From positions 24,990 through 88,989 of the forward strand of contig CAIVQB010000106.1 of the NCBI GenBank assembly GCA_903907925.1: a stretch of 64,000 nucleotides of DNA, in the 5' to 3' direction. The stretch comes from an uncultured Verrucomicrobiota bacterium. Its GTDB lineage: Bacteria > Verrucomicrobiota > Verrucomicrobiia > Limisphaerales > UBA9464. Below, one piece after another: positions 8,987 to 17,474 of the stretch (positions are counted from its first letter, which is position 1; every line of letters starts with the position of its first letter). The notes under the pieces are model-generated. The model was not told the origin of the DNA. It made no database searches and saw nothing but the letters and a program-made list of their open reading frames with translations. A program made the translations under genes and the position numbers.

Positions 8987-10177
8987 TCAGCGAGTGGTCG
9001 ATTGCGGCCGCGGGTTGGCCGGACTCGCCGGCTTGGGCAGGACGCTGGCGACGGCGGGATTTGCGGGTGCTGCCTTGGCGTTCTTCGATTTGTCCTCGAA
9101 CGCCACCACTTCGCCGGCCTTGAGGCCACTGGTGACCTCGGCAAAAAAGTAATCGCTGACGCCGATCGAGATCATGCGGCGTTCCCATTCCTCGCCGGAT
9201 TTGACCCAGGCGAACCGTTCCTGCTGCTTGGTTTCCGGATTGTATTCGGTGAAGACGGCCGCCAGCGGGGAGGCCACCACGTTGTCAGCGCTGGCGACGG
9301 GGATGGAGATGTTGGCGGTCATGCCCGGCCGAACCCGTTTGTCGACGTCCTTGAGAAGGATGCGGGCGGCGAATCCCTTGATGTTGTTCTTGATGGTGGC
9401 CTGGGGGGCGACGCGTTCGACTTTTCCGATGATCTTGAGGCCGGGAACCGCCTCCACTGTGACCTCGACGTCCTGATTCATGTGGAGCCGGGTAACGTCC
9501 GCCTGGTTGATGTGGGCGTTGATGATGAGGTCGTTGAGATTGGCGATGGTGAGGATTTCGGTGCCGGAATTGAATCCGCCCGATCCGCTGACCGCCTGGC
9601 CGACGGAGACCGGGCGGGTGAGGACCGTGCAATCGAACGGCGCGGTGACCCGGGTCTTGAGGAGCTGATATTCGATCAGGTCGAGGGCCTTCTGGGCGTT
9701 GCTGAGGCTGTTTTTGGCCAATTCGAAGGAAGTCTTGGAATCGTCAAACACCTCTTGGGCGACCAGATGAGCCTTAAAGAGTTCCTCGGCCCGCCGGAAA
9801 TTCCGTTCCGCCTGCTGGAGTTCGAGCTGGGAGCGTTCGATGGCATTTTTCTGGGATCCCTGCTGGATGCGCAAATCGCGGTCATCGAGTTGGAACATTA
9901 ATTCTCCGTTTTTCACGGCATCGCCGACGTCGACCGGGAGCTTTTCCAGCTTGCCGTTGACCTCGGGACGAACGCTGACCTGGTCGGCCGGGACGATTTC
10001 GCCCGCGGCGCTGACGGCGAACCGAATGCTCCGGGTCTCGACCGTGGCTTCGACCGGACGGCTGTTCGCGGCGGCGACGGCGGAACGGGAGACCTGCTCC
10101 TGCTGCCATCGCTTCCAGCCGAACCAACCCCCGCCGCCCAGCAAAAGGACGGCCAGCAATATCCCCAGAGACTTCAT
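8987..10177 (-). CDS. Efflux transporter periplasmic adaptor subunit (HlyD/MacA family)
   Basis: 396 aa. N-terminal TM anchor MKSLGILLAVLLLGGGGWFGW, coiled-coil hairpin region, and beta-barrel/lipoyl-like segments typical of membrane fusion proteins. First gene of the ABC operon. Confidence 0.85.
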   Translation of the reverse strand: MKSLGILLAVLLLGGGGWFGWKRWQQEQVSRSAVAAANSRPVEATVETRSIRFAVSAAGEIVPADQVSVRPEVNGKLEKLPVDVGDAVKNGELMFQLDDRDLRIQQGSQKNAIERSQLELQQAERNFRRAEELFKAHLVAQEVFDDSKTSFELAKNSLSNAQKALDLIEYQLLKTRVTAPFDCTVLTRPVSVGQAVSGSGGFNSGTEILTIANLNDLIINAHINQADVTRLHMNQDVEVTVEAVPGLKIIGKVERVAPQATIKNNIKGFAARILLKDVDKRVRPGMTANISIPVASADNVVASPLAAVFTEYNPETKQQERFAWVKSGEEWERRMISIGVSDYFFAEVTSGLKAGEVVAFEDKSKNAKAAPANPAVASVLPKPASPANPRPQSTTR

Positions 10178-10225
10178 GCGTAGTTCGAAAAACCTACCAT
10201 TGATACGTAGACGTGCAATTCATGT

Positions 10226-11593
10226 TTGCGACTGGAGATTGTATTTCAACGTTCCGGTCGCGATCGTTCTTCGACCGCAATGCGTTCAACGGAATTCATC
10301 CCCATTTTTGCCGGTGCCCTGGTCGTCGTGCGCTGGGCCGCCGAGTCCGGACTTTCATGGCTCAACCGCCGCCATGTTCGGCTCCATTCTCACGCCGTTC
10401 CCGCCGCATTTCGCGACTCTATGGATGCGGAGACCTTTCAGAAGTCGGTGGCGTACACGCTCGAAAAGTCACGGTTCGCCGCCTGGGAAGACGCCTGGAG
10501 CAGTGGGATTCTCCTGCTGGCCCTGTTCACGCCCGTGTTGCCGCTGTTGTTGTCGCGCTTCCGCGGTGGGTGGGGTCCTGGTGCCTGGGTGGATGCGCTC
10601 TGGTTGTTCGCTGCCGGAATTCTGCTCGCGATTCCGTCCCTGCCGTTCGAATGGTGGCAGCAGTTCCGGATCGAGGCGCGGTTTGGCTTCAATCAGAGCG
10701 ATCAACACACCTGGTGGATGGACCGGGTGAAGGGGTTCCTGCTCGGGGCGGTTTTGGGATATCCGCTGTTGGTGCTGATTCTCAAACTGGTGGGCTGGCT
10801 TGGCGACCGCTGGTGGATCGCCGCCTGGGCCGTTTTGCTGGGGTTTCAGTTGGTGATGACCGTGCTGGCACCGATTTTGATCCTGCCGCTGTTCAACAAG
10901 CTGACCCCGCTGTCGGACGGAACGCTGCGCGACCGGCTCCTGCGCCTGGGTGCGCGGACCGGTTTCTCCGCCCGATCGATCCTGGTGATGGACGGCAGTA
11001 AGCGGTCGTCGCATTCCAACGCTTTTTTCACCGGGTTCGGTTCGTTCCGAAAGATCGTCCTCTTCGACACCCTGATCGCCCAATTGACCGAACCGGAATT
11101 GGAAGCCGTCCTGGCTCATGAAGTCGGTCACTACAAACGGGGCCACATTCCGCGGATGCTGGCGGTTTCAGCGGTGTCGACGCTGGTGGCGTTTGGCGTC
11201 ATCGCCTTTCTGGCCGCGAAGCCTTGGTTCACCGCTGCGTTTGGTTTTCCTGCCGGGTCGGGACTGGCACCGGCGCTTCTGTGTTTCGCCCTGCTGAGTG
11301 GAACGGTGACCTTTTGGAGCGGGCCACTGATGAACTACTGGTCCCGTCGCCATGAATACGAGGCGGACCGTTACGCCGCCGAAGCGATGGGGGAGATCAC
11401 TTCCCTCACCGGTGCGCTACGGAAACTGGCGGGGAAGAACCTCTCCAACCTTACGCCACGCCCGCTGTTCAGCGCCTGGCATTATTCGCATCCGACCCTG
11501 GTGGAACGGGAATCCGCACTGGCCGGCCTTCCCCAGGGGCAGGCCGCCAACGGAGCCGGATCCCCGGTGTTGGAAGCACCGCCAGCGTCCTGA
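10226..11593 (+). CDS. M48 family metallopeptidase, Ste24/CAAX-prenyl-protease type
   Basis: 455-aa ORF with an alternative start at 10280 (MRSTEF). Multi-TM N-terminal domain, HEVGHYKRGH zinc motif (HEXXH), downstream EYEADRYA glutamate motif. Confidence 0.85.
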   Translation: MRLEIVFQRSGRDRSSTAMRSTEFIPIFAGALVVVRWAAESGLSWLNRRHVRLHSHAVPAAFRDSMDAETFQKSVAYTLEKSRFAAWEDAWSSGILLLALFTPVLPLLLSRFRGGWGPGAWVDALWLFAAGILLAIPSLPFEWWQQFRIEARFGFNQSDQHTWWMDRVKGFLLGAVLGYPLLVLILKLVGWLGDRWWIAAWAVLLGFQLVMTVLAPILILPLFNKLTPLSDGTLRDRLLRLGARTGFSARSILVMDGSKRSSHSNAFFTGFGSFRKIVLFDTLIAQLTEPELEAVLAHEVGHYKRGHIPRMLAVSAVSTLVAFGVIAFLAAKPWFTAAFGFPAGSGLAPALLCFALLSGTVTFWSGPLMNYWSRRHEYEADRYAAEAMGEITSLTGALRKLAGKNLSNLTPRPLFSAWHYSHPTLVERESALAGLPQGQAANGAGSPVLEAPPAS

Positions 11594-11816
11594 CGACGAT
11601 GCGGCGCGTCCCGGGCGTGGGTTCGCTGGAGGCCAGAAGATGGTCGGCCGAGAGCGTGGCGAGAACCGGATCGGAGGACGCCAGTTGGGTTGGGTCAAAG
11701 ACCACATCGAACTGGACCGCCACCACCGGGACATCGCTGGAAAAGGCCACCGGAACGGCGGACGGAATCGGGCCGTCGCCCGAACCGTGGCCGATCGTCA
11801 GTTGGAGAACGTTGGA
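11590..11816 (-). pseudogene. Possible cohesin-like domain fragment (gene remnant)
   Basis: Minus-strand translation reads LQLTIGHGSGDGPIPSAVPVAFSSDVPVVAVQFDVVFDPTQLASSDPVLATLSADHLLASSEPTPGTRRIVV. It resembles the first strands of cohesin-type domains. There is no credible start or full-length ORF. It abuts the stop of the M48 gene. Confidence 0.25.
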
Positions 11817-11827
11817 ATCTTCGGGGC

Positions 11828-12988
11828 ATGCTGGTGATTCTGCAGATTGCATTGTCGCTTCTCGTGCTCGTCGGTGCCGGCCTCTGCACGCGGAGTCTGC
11901 GGAAACTCCAACAGGTGGACCCGGGCATTGAGCCGTCGAAGGTGGTGCTGATTTCGTTCGATCTCGCTCTGAACAATTACTCTTCTCCGCGGACCGGGGA
12001 GTTCTACGACCGATTGCTGGAGCGGGCCCGTACTCTGCCCGGGGTGGAGTCCGCGGGATTGGCCCTGGTCACTCCGTTGAGCGGGTGGGCACCTCAGACC
12101 AGCGTCGAACGGGTCGAGGGATTTCAGTCCGGACCGCGGGAGCATCCCGTCGGCGAGTTCAATCTCGTGTCCGCCGATTATTTCCGCACGTTGAACCTGG
12201 CGGTGTTGCGCGGACGCGACTTCGATTCCACGGATGACTCCAAAGCCGTGAGTCGGGTCATCATCAACGACGCCTTCGTGAACCGCTACTGGCCCGGACA
12301 GGATCCAATCGGAAAACGCATCTTCCAACACGGACCCGATGGAGGGATTCCGACCGAGGTCGTCGGGGTTGTGAAGAGCAGCAGCAGCCGCGCACTCACC
12401 GATGGGCCGCGGCCCGCGTTGTATTTCCCGCTGACCCAGCGACCCGACCCGGCCCTGACCCTCGCGGTGCGGACCGGCCTGGATCCGGCCATGACAATCG
12501 CAGCGCTGCGCGAAGTGGCGAAAGCGTTGGATGCCAATGTTCCGATATTTCGGGTTCGGACCCTGGCTCAACAGAAGGATGGTTCCCTCGCGTTGCAACG
12601 CATGGTGGCGACGCTGCTGGGCGGTTTCGGGGTGCTGGCACTGCTGCTGGCATCATTGGGAATCTACGGCGTGCTGGCCTACTCGGTGAGCCGCCGCACC
12701 CGGGAGATCGGAGTCCGCATGGCCTTGGGCGCTCAGATTTCCGACATTCTTCGCGTTGTGATGAAGCAGGGATTGAGTCTGGCGGCCGTCGGCTTGGGAA
12801 TGGGTCTGATGGGTTCCATTGGTGCGACCCGCTGGCTTCGGAGTTTTCTCTATCAAATCGAACCTCTCGATCCGGTGACCTTCATCGTCTCCATCGGAGT
12901 CTTGGGTGCAGTGATCCTGCTCGCCTGCTGGCTGCCCGCGCGCAGAGCCGCCCGGGTGGACCCGATGGTGGCATTGAGGAATGAATGA
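11828..12988 (+). CDS. ABC transporter permease, C-terminal module of an ADOP-type duplicated permease (apparently 5'-truncated)
   Basis: From ATG 11828 the protein starts directly inside a TM helix: MLVILQIALSLLVLVGAGLCTRSLRKLQQVDPGIEP. I recognise this as the mid-protein TM5 motif of ADOP permeases. It ends REIGVRMALGA...PARRAARVDPMVALRNE. The ~400 aa of the first module are missing. Confidence 0.65.
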   Translation: MLVILQIALSLLVLVGAGLCTRSLRKLQQVDPGIEPSKVVLISFDLALNNYSSPRTGEFYDRLLERARTLPGVESAGLALVTPLSGWAPQTSVERVEGFQSGPREHPVGEFNLVSADYFRTLNLAVLRGRDFDSTDDSKAVSRVIINDAFVNRYWPGQDPIGKRIFQHGPDGGIPTEVVGVVKSSSSRALTDGPRPALYFPLTQRPDPALTLAVRTGLDPAMTIAALREVAKALDANVPIFRVRTLAQQKDGSLALQRMVATLLGGFGVLALLLASLGIYGVLAYSVSRRTREIGVRMALGAQISDILRVVMKQGLSLAAVGLGMGLMGSIGATRWLRSFLYQIEPLDPVTFIVSIGVLGAVILLACWLPARRAARVDPMVALRNE

Positions 12989-13068
12989 GCTCCGCTGAAT
13001 CTTCGCGGTGGCATGCGCTGAACGGAATATCCCCGCTGCAAATGGCAGAGAGCGCGTCTGAGGACGGC

Positions 13069-13479
13069 TCAGCCCTTCGGCTCAACGCGCTTGACGTCCT
13101 TTAACTTGTCGAGGTCGCGGTCGAACGAGGCGATGCCATAACCCAGATGCGCCGCACGGGCCGCGAGCCAGGCATCGGTAAAATCCACGTCGGTGGCTGC
13201 AAAACGTCGCAAGGCGTCGGTGACCACTGCGCCATCGGCCCTCTCCACGCCGGCGTTCTGGATAAGAGTGAGCAGGGCACTCACCACATAATTGCGGGGC
13301 CGGCGATACCGCCCGACCAGCACATAGACTGCTTCGGCCACGGCCAGACTATCGAGGTGCAGACGACATTCCCGTCGTTCCGCCCGCTCAAAAAGCGTCG
13401 TGGCCGCCGGGCTTTTTCTGGGGTCGTCCTAGACGAGGAATCGGGCCAGCACGTTGGCATCCAGCAGCAGATCTTTCAT
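13069..13479 (-). pseudogene. vapC: PIN-domain toxin (VapC-like) interrupted by an in-frame TAG at codon 17
   Basis: Manual translation from ATG 13479 gives MKDLLLDANVLARFLV*DDPRKSPAATTLFERAERRECRLHLDSLAVAEAVYVLVGRY..., continuing into the 90-aa ORF 13069-13341. The stop is cta at 13429-13431 on the plus strand. The start overlaps the antitoxin stop (ATGA). Confidence 0.7.
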
Positions 13480-13742
13480 GGCTTTTGCCTGGAGATGCGG
13501 TCATAGCGGGCGAGAACTGCATTGTCGAAAGCTCCCTGGTCATCGTCGCTGTCGGCCGGCAATGCGCCCGATTTCAGGCATCCGGCGAGTTCACTGATGG
13601 AACGGATTCGCCGCCCGACCAGCTTGTCACCCTCGATTTCCCAGGAAATCTTCTGTCCCACCTTGAAGGGAAGATCCTTTCGAACCTCTTCTGGTATGGT
13701 GACCTGCCACTTGGAGGTGATTGTGGATATCGCGGTTGTCAT
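13476..13742 (-). CDS. AbrB/MazE/SpoVT family antitoxin
   Basis: 88 aa. SKWQVTIPEEVRKDLPFKVGQKISWEIEGDKLV is a SpoVT/AbrB swapped-hairpin motif. Sits immediately upstream of, and overlapping, the PIN gene. Confidence 0.75.
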   Translation of the reverse strand: MTTAISTITSKWQVTIPEEVRKDLPFKVGQKISWEIEGDKLVGRRIRSISELAGCLKSGALPADSDDDQGAFDNAVLARYDRISRQKP

Positions 13743-13817
13743 TTGCCGACGGTATGCCGCAGAGCATCCGCCTTACGCAAGCGGCCTGTCCTTTCTAAGG
13801 CCCCCATCGGCGAGGAA

Positions 13818-14636
13818 CTACCCTCCGGTCGTCTCCTCCACGAAGGGGCGCATTTTGCGGAATCCTTCGCGGGCGACGTCGAGGGGGTCGCGGGACCAGA
13901 GATCCGGGCGGAAGAGTTCCAGCGAGAGCCAGCCGCGGTAGCCGGTGGAGCGGAGGAGGTCGCAGTATCGATGAAGATCAAAGGTGCCGTCGCCAGGCAT
14001 GACCCGGTCGCTGTCGCCCTGTTGCTTGCGTGGTGGCTCGGAGGGGATGTCGTTGAAGTGCGAGATGGCGATTTGATCCGCCCGCAGTTGGGTGATGGAT
14101 TCGATCGAACCGCCTCCGCGAAAAACGTGGAAGGGATCGAGCACCGTGGTCCCTCCTCCGGCCAGGGTGAGCACCTCGAGCGCGGATTCGATGGTGCAGT
14201 GCTGCTTCACAAAGCCGAGGAACTCGAAGATGGGGGTGACCCCGGTCTCCTTCCCCAGGTTCAGGAGTTCGCGGTACCGTTGCGCTCCGGTCGCGAGGTT
14301 AGCCAGGCCTTCGGGTGGGCTGCAAATGAGGTGTTTCGCACCGAGGATCGACGCTTGCACCATGCGACGGGCGCAGGCGTCCTTGATGCGGGGCCACTCC
14401 GTGGACGGGGCTTCGAACCATCCTGAAAAATAGATCAGCGTCGGTACTTCCAGGCCTGCATCGTCCAATGCACGGTGGATTTCCCGGAGCGATCCACCGG
14501 CGGCGACGTGGGCGTCGGTGTCGGCAAACCAGAGTTCGATGGCACCGAATCCCGCGGCTGCGGCCGCCTCAATCTGGCGCAGCACCGGCGTGCCGCGGAG
14601 CGTGCTGGCGTTGAGGCAGTATCCGAACGAGTTCAC
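13818..14636 (-). CDS. Sugar phosphate isomerase/epimerase (xylose isomerase-like TIM barrel)
   Basis: 272 aa. AAGFGAIELW... and ISHFND motifs typical of AP_endonuc_2/xylose-isomerase-like barrels. 4-nt overlap with the upstream gene. Confidence 0.75.
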   Translation of the reverse strand: MNSFGYCLNASTLRGTPVLRQIEAAAAAGFGAIELWFADTDAHVAAGGSLREIHRALDDAGLEVPTLIYFSGWFEAPSTEWPRIKDACARRMVQASILGAKHLICSPPEGLANLATGAQRYRELLNLGKETGVTPIFEFLGFVKQHCTIESALEVLTLAGGGTTVLDPFHVFRGGGSIESITQLRADQIAISHFNDIPSEPPRKQQGDSDRVMPGDGTFDLHRYCDLLRSTGYRGWLSLELFRPDLWSRDPLDVAREGFRKMRPFVEETTGG

Positions 14637-15583
14637 GAGACGACGTTTTTCGGGGTGCCGTTCAGGAAGGCGCGAACGTTTTCCACCATGACCGCCATCA
14701 ATCGAACGCGTGCGGCGCGGGTGGCCCAGGCCAGGTGCGGAGTGATGATGCAGTTGCGGGCCGTCAGGAGCGGATTGTCCGCGGCCGGCGGCTCGGTGGA
14801 CAGAACGTCCAGGCCGGCACCTGCGATTCGGCCGGTGTTCAACGCCTGGGCGAGGGCGGCCTCGTCCACCAGCGGTCCACGGGCGGTGTTGATGAGGAAC
14901 GCAGTGGATTTCATCGAACGGAGCCGGGCTTCGTTGACCAGACCGCGGGTTTCCGGTGTCAGCGGGCAGTGGAGGCTGATCACGTCACTCCGGGAAAAAA
15001 TCTCATCAATTGATGCCGCCTCAACGTCGGGAAGCAGCGGACGGGTGCGGGGCGGGGTGGCGATCACGCGCATGCCCATTGCGGCACCGATCGCGCCGAC
15101 CGCGGCGCCGATGCGGCCGTAGCCCACGATCCCCAGGGTGAGTCCGTCGAGTTCTAGCAGTGGATGGTCTGAATACGACCAATCCGGGGCGCTCGACCAG
15201 CGGCCGGCCCGCACGCCGTCGGAGTGGCCGCCGGTATGGTGGGTGAATTCCAGAATAAGGGCGAACACCTGTTGGGCGACCGAGCGGGTGCTGTAAGCCG
15301 GGACATTGGTGACCACGATTCCGTGTTCGCGGGCGGCGACGACGTCCACGTTGTTGTAGCCGGTCGCCGTGACACCGATGTAGCGCAGCGCCGGAAGGGC
15401 GGTGATGTGCTCGCGGTTGAGAATTACCTTGTTGGAGATCAACACCTCCGCCCCGGCGGCGACGTCAACCGTGTCCGTCGGTGCGGTTCGCGGATGAATC
15501 GCGCATTCCCCGAGGGCTTGGAGGGCGGCCCAGTCGAGGTCGCCGGGATTCAGCGTGTGGCCGTCGAGGACGACAATCTTCAT
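14633..15583 (-). CDS. D-isomer-specific 2-hydroxyacid dehydrogenase (glycerate/hydroxypyruvate reductase-like)
   Basis: 316 aa. NAD-binding GIVGYGRIGAAVG, plus the catalytic region ...NTARGPLVDEAAL... and TPHLAW. Confidence 0.85.
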   Translation of the reverse strand: MKIVVLDGHTLNPGDLDWAALQALGECAIHPRTAPTDTVDVAAGAEVLISNKVILNREHITALPALRYIGVTATGYNNVDVVAAREHGIVVTNVPAYSTRSVAQQVFALILEFTHHTGGHSDGVRAGRWSSAPDWSYSDHPLLELDGLTLGIVGYGRIGAAVGAIGAAMGMRVIATPPRTRPLLPDVEAASIDEIFSRSDVISLHCPLTPETRGLVNEARLRSMKSTAFLINTARGPLVDEAALAQALNTGRIAGAGLDVLSTEPPAADNPLLTARNCIITPHLAWATRAARVRLMAVMVENVRAFLNGTPKNVVS

Positions 15584-15596
15584 GGGCGGCGGCGGA

Positions 15597-16391
15597 TTAA
15601 TACTTCACGGCGGCGGTTCCCGCTCCGAGTCCGAGCTCCTTCACCACCTCGGCGGTTTTGGAGAGCATCAGGCCGGCCTCGCTCGAAATGGCGACGAACT
15701 GCCAGCCCTCCGCGATGCGACGCTTGGCCTGGGCGGCATCGGGCGTGTGGATGCCGGGGGCCACTCCGTGCCGTTTGGCGCTGGCGAGGATCTTTGCCAG
15801 GGCGTCGTTGAAGGCGGGCAACGCGCTGTCGAAGGCCGGGGCGGCACCCAGGGAGGCGTGGAGATCGTTCGGGCCGACGAACACCACGTCGATCCCCGGC
15901 ACGCTGAGGATCTCGTCGATGTTGGTCACCGACTCGGCGGTCTCGGCCATGACCACGACGAGCAGTTCATCATTGGCGCGGGCGAAGTAGGTCGCGGAAT
16001 CGGTCGCGAAGTTCACCGGTCCGAGCTGGCCGCCAATGGTGCGCCGTCCCAGCGGACGGTACCGCGCCGCCTTCACCACCGCCTCGCATTCGGCGCGGGT
16101 GTTCACCAGCGGGACCACGATGCCCCAGGCGCCGTTGTCGAGGACTCGTTTGATGTTCTCGGTGGTGTTGAACGGCACGCGGGCCAGGGGAACGCAACCG
16201 CTGGCGGCGATGATGGCGAAGGCTCGCGCCGCGTGATCGAAGGTGAGGTGGGAGTGTTCGAGCTCGACGTTGAGCCAGTCGAGACCGGTGCCCGCCATGA
16301 GTTGGGCGGAGACGGAATCGGAGAGGGTGAGCCAGGTGCCGACAGCGGGTTCGCCGCGTTTGAGTTTGGCGCGGACAGGATTGGTTTTCAT
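15597..16391 (-). CDS. HpcH/HpaI family 2-keto-3-deoxy-acid aldolase
   Basis: Real start is MKTNPVRAKLKRGEPAVGTWLTLSD at ATG 16391 (ATGA overlap with the upstream stop). LDWLNVELEHS and VMAETAESV motifs of the HpcH/HpaI fold. Confidence 0.85.
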   Translation of the reverse strand: MKTNPVRAKLKRGEPAVGTWLTLSDSVSAQLMAGTGLDWLNVELEHSHLTFDHAARAFAIIAASGCVPLARVPFNTTENIKRVLDNGAWGIVVPLVNTRAECEAVVKAARYRPLGRRTIGGQLGPVNFATDSATYFARANDELLVVVMAETAESVTNIDEILSVPGIDVVFVGPNDLHASLGAAPAFDSALPAFNDALAKILASAKRHGVAPGIHTPDAAQAKRRIAEGWQFVAISSEAGLMLSKTAEVVKELGLGAGTAAVKY

Positions 16392-17389
16392 CGGGAAAGG
16401 CGGAGGGCAGGCGAATCGTACACTTCGGGATTCACGATCCATCGCGGTCGGCGACCGGCATGGCAGTCGACGATGGCCTGCGCGGCGGCCTCGCTGACCC
16501 GCGAACCCGTGTCGAATCCGAACGACGCCTGGTGCGGCGTCAGCAGCAGGTTCGGCACGTTGAGCAGTGGATGGCCGGCGGGAAGGGGTTCGGTGATGAA
16601 TGCATCGAGGGCGGCACCGGCGATCCATCCTTCGTTCAAGGCGCGGATCAGCGCGGCCTCATCGATCACCGCGCCGCGGGCGGTATTGACCACGTACGCG
16701 GTGGGTTTCATCCGGCGAAACTGCGCCTCACCCATCAGACCGCGCGTTTCGGGCGTGAGGGCGGCGTGGAGCGAAACGAAGTCCGACTCGGCCAGAAGCA
16801 TTTCCAGAGGAACGAATTCGATGCCGAGGTTCCGGGCTTCGGCGTTCGGAAGGGGATCGAAGGCGAGCAGGCGCATGCCGAAGCCCGCGGCGCGTTTGGC
16901 CACCGCCTGGCCGATGCGGCCACAGCCGACCAGTCCGAGCGTCTTTCCGGCGATGTCGTGTCCCCAGGTGGGTGCCCATTGGCCCGCGCGCATCGAGACA
17001 TGACCGTCATGAATGCGCCGGGCGATGGCGAACAGCAGCGCCATGGCGTAGTCCGCCACCGCTTCGTTCAGCAGTCCGGGAGTGTAGGCGATCACGATGC
17101 CTTCGCGGGTGGCCGCGGCGATGTCGATCGAATCGTAGCCCACGCCCCAGCGCGAAATGACCTTTAACCGCGCCGCCTCCGGTGAGGCCAGGACGGCGGC
17201 GGTGTAGCGGTCGACACTGGAGTACACCGCATCCATCCCGTCCAACAGGGGACGAATCTCAACCTCTGGCAGCGGACCATATTTCGGTGGATGCAGAAGC
17301 GAGAATTCCGGGCCGCCGAGGAGGGTCCGGGCGGTGGCGCCGACGGCGGCCGCCAGCGGCGATGCGGTGATGAGGACGTTCCAATTCAT
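16388..17389 (-). CDS. D-2-hydroxyacid dehydrogenase / phosphoglycerate dehydrogenase-like
   Basis: 333 aa. GLVGCGRIGQAVAKRA Rossmann motif, NTARGAVIDEAAL, TPHQAS. Confidence 0.8.
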   Translation of the reverse strand: MNWNVLITASPLAAAVGATARTLLGGPEFSLLHPPKYGPLPEVEIRPLLDGMDAVYSSVDRYTAAVLASPEAARLKVISRWGVGYDSIDIAAATREGIVIAYTPGLLNEAVADYAMALLFAIARRIHDGHVSMRAGQWAPTWGHDIAGKTLGLVGCGRIGQAVAKRAAGFGMRLLAFDPLPNAEARNLGIEFVPLEMLLAESDFVSLHAALTPETRGLMGEAQFRRMKPTAYVVNTARGAVIDEAALIRALNEGWIAGAALDAFITEPLPAGHPLLNVPNLLLTPHQASFGFDTGSRVSEAAAQAIVDCHAGRRPRWIVNPEVYDSPALRLSR

Positions 17390-17474
17390 CGGGGAGATGG
17401 GAGTCTAGGAGCGGGTTCCATTTGGAACAAGCGCAGTGATGGACACCCGGACCCGTCTGGATAGGCTGCGGCGC

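Noticed and set aside
7928-9901. Very long ORFs on the strand opposite to recognisable genes: 7928-9901 (657 aa), 2906-4222, 4219-5412, 15555-17003, 32345-34051, 48753-49934, 52877-54262, 54975-55997 and 60408-61559.
   Set aside because: These are typical shadow ORFs of a high-GC genome. Their translations are Arg/Gly/Asp/Pro-rich with no motifs. Each is fully antisense to a gene with clear family signatures.
11469-11852. 127-aa minus-strand ORF as an independent gene.
   Set aside because: Its 3' third overlaps the end of the M48 peptidase gene and reads as nonsense. Only the central ~75 aa look domain-like, so it is treated as a fragment.
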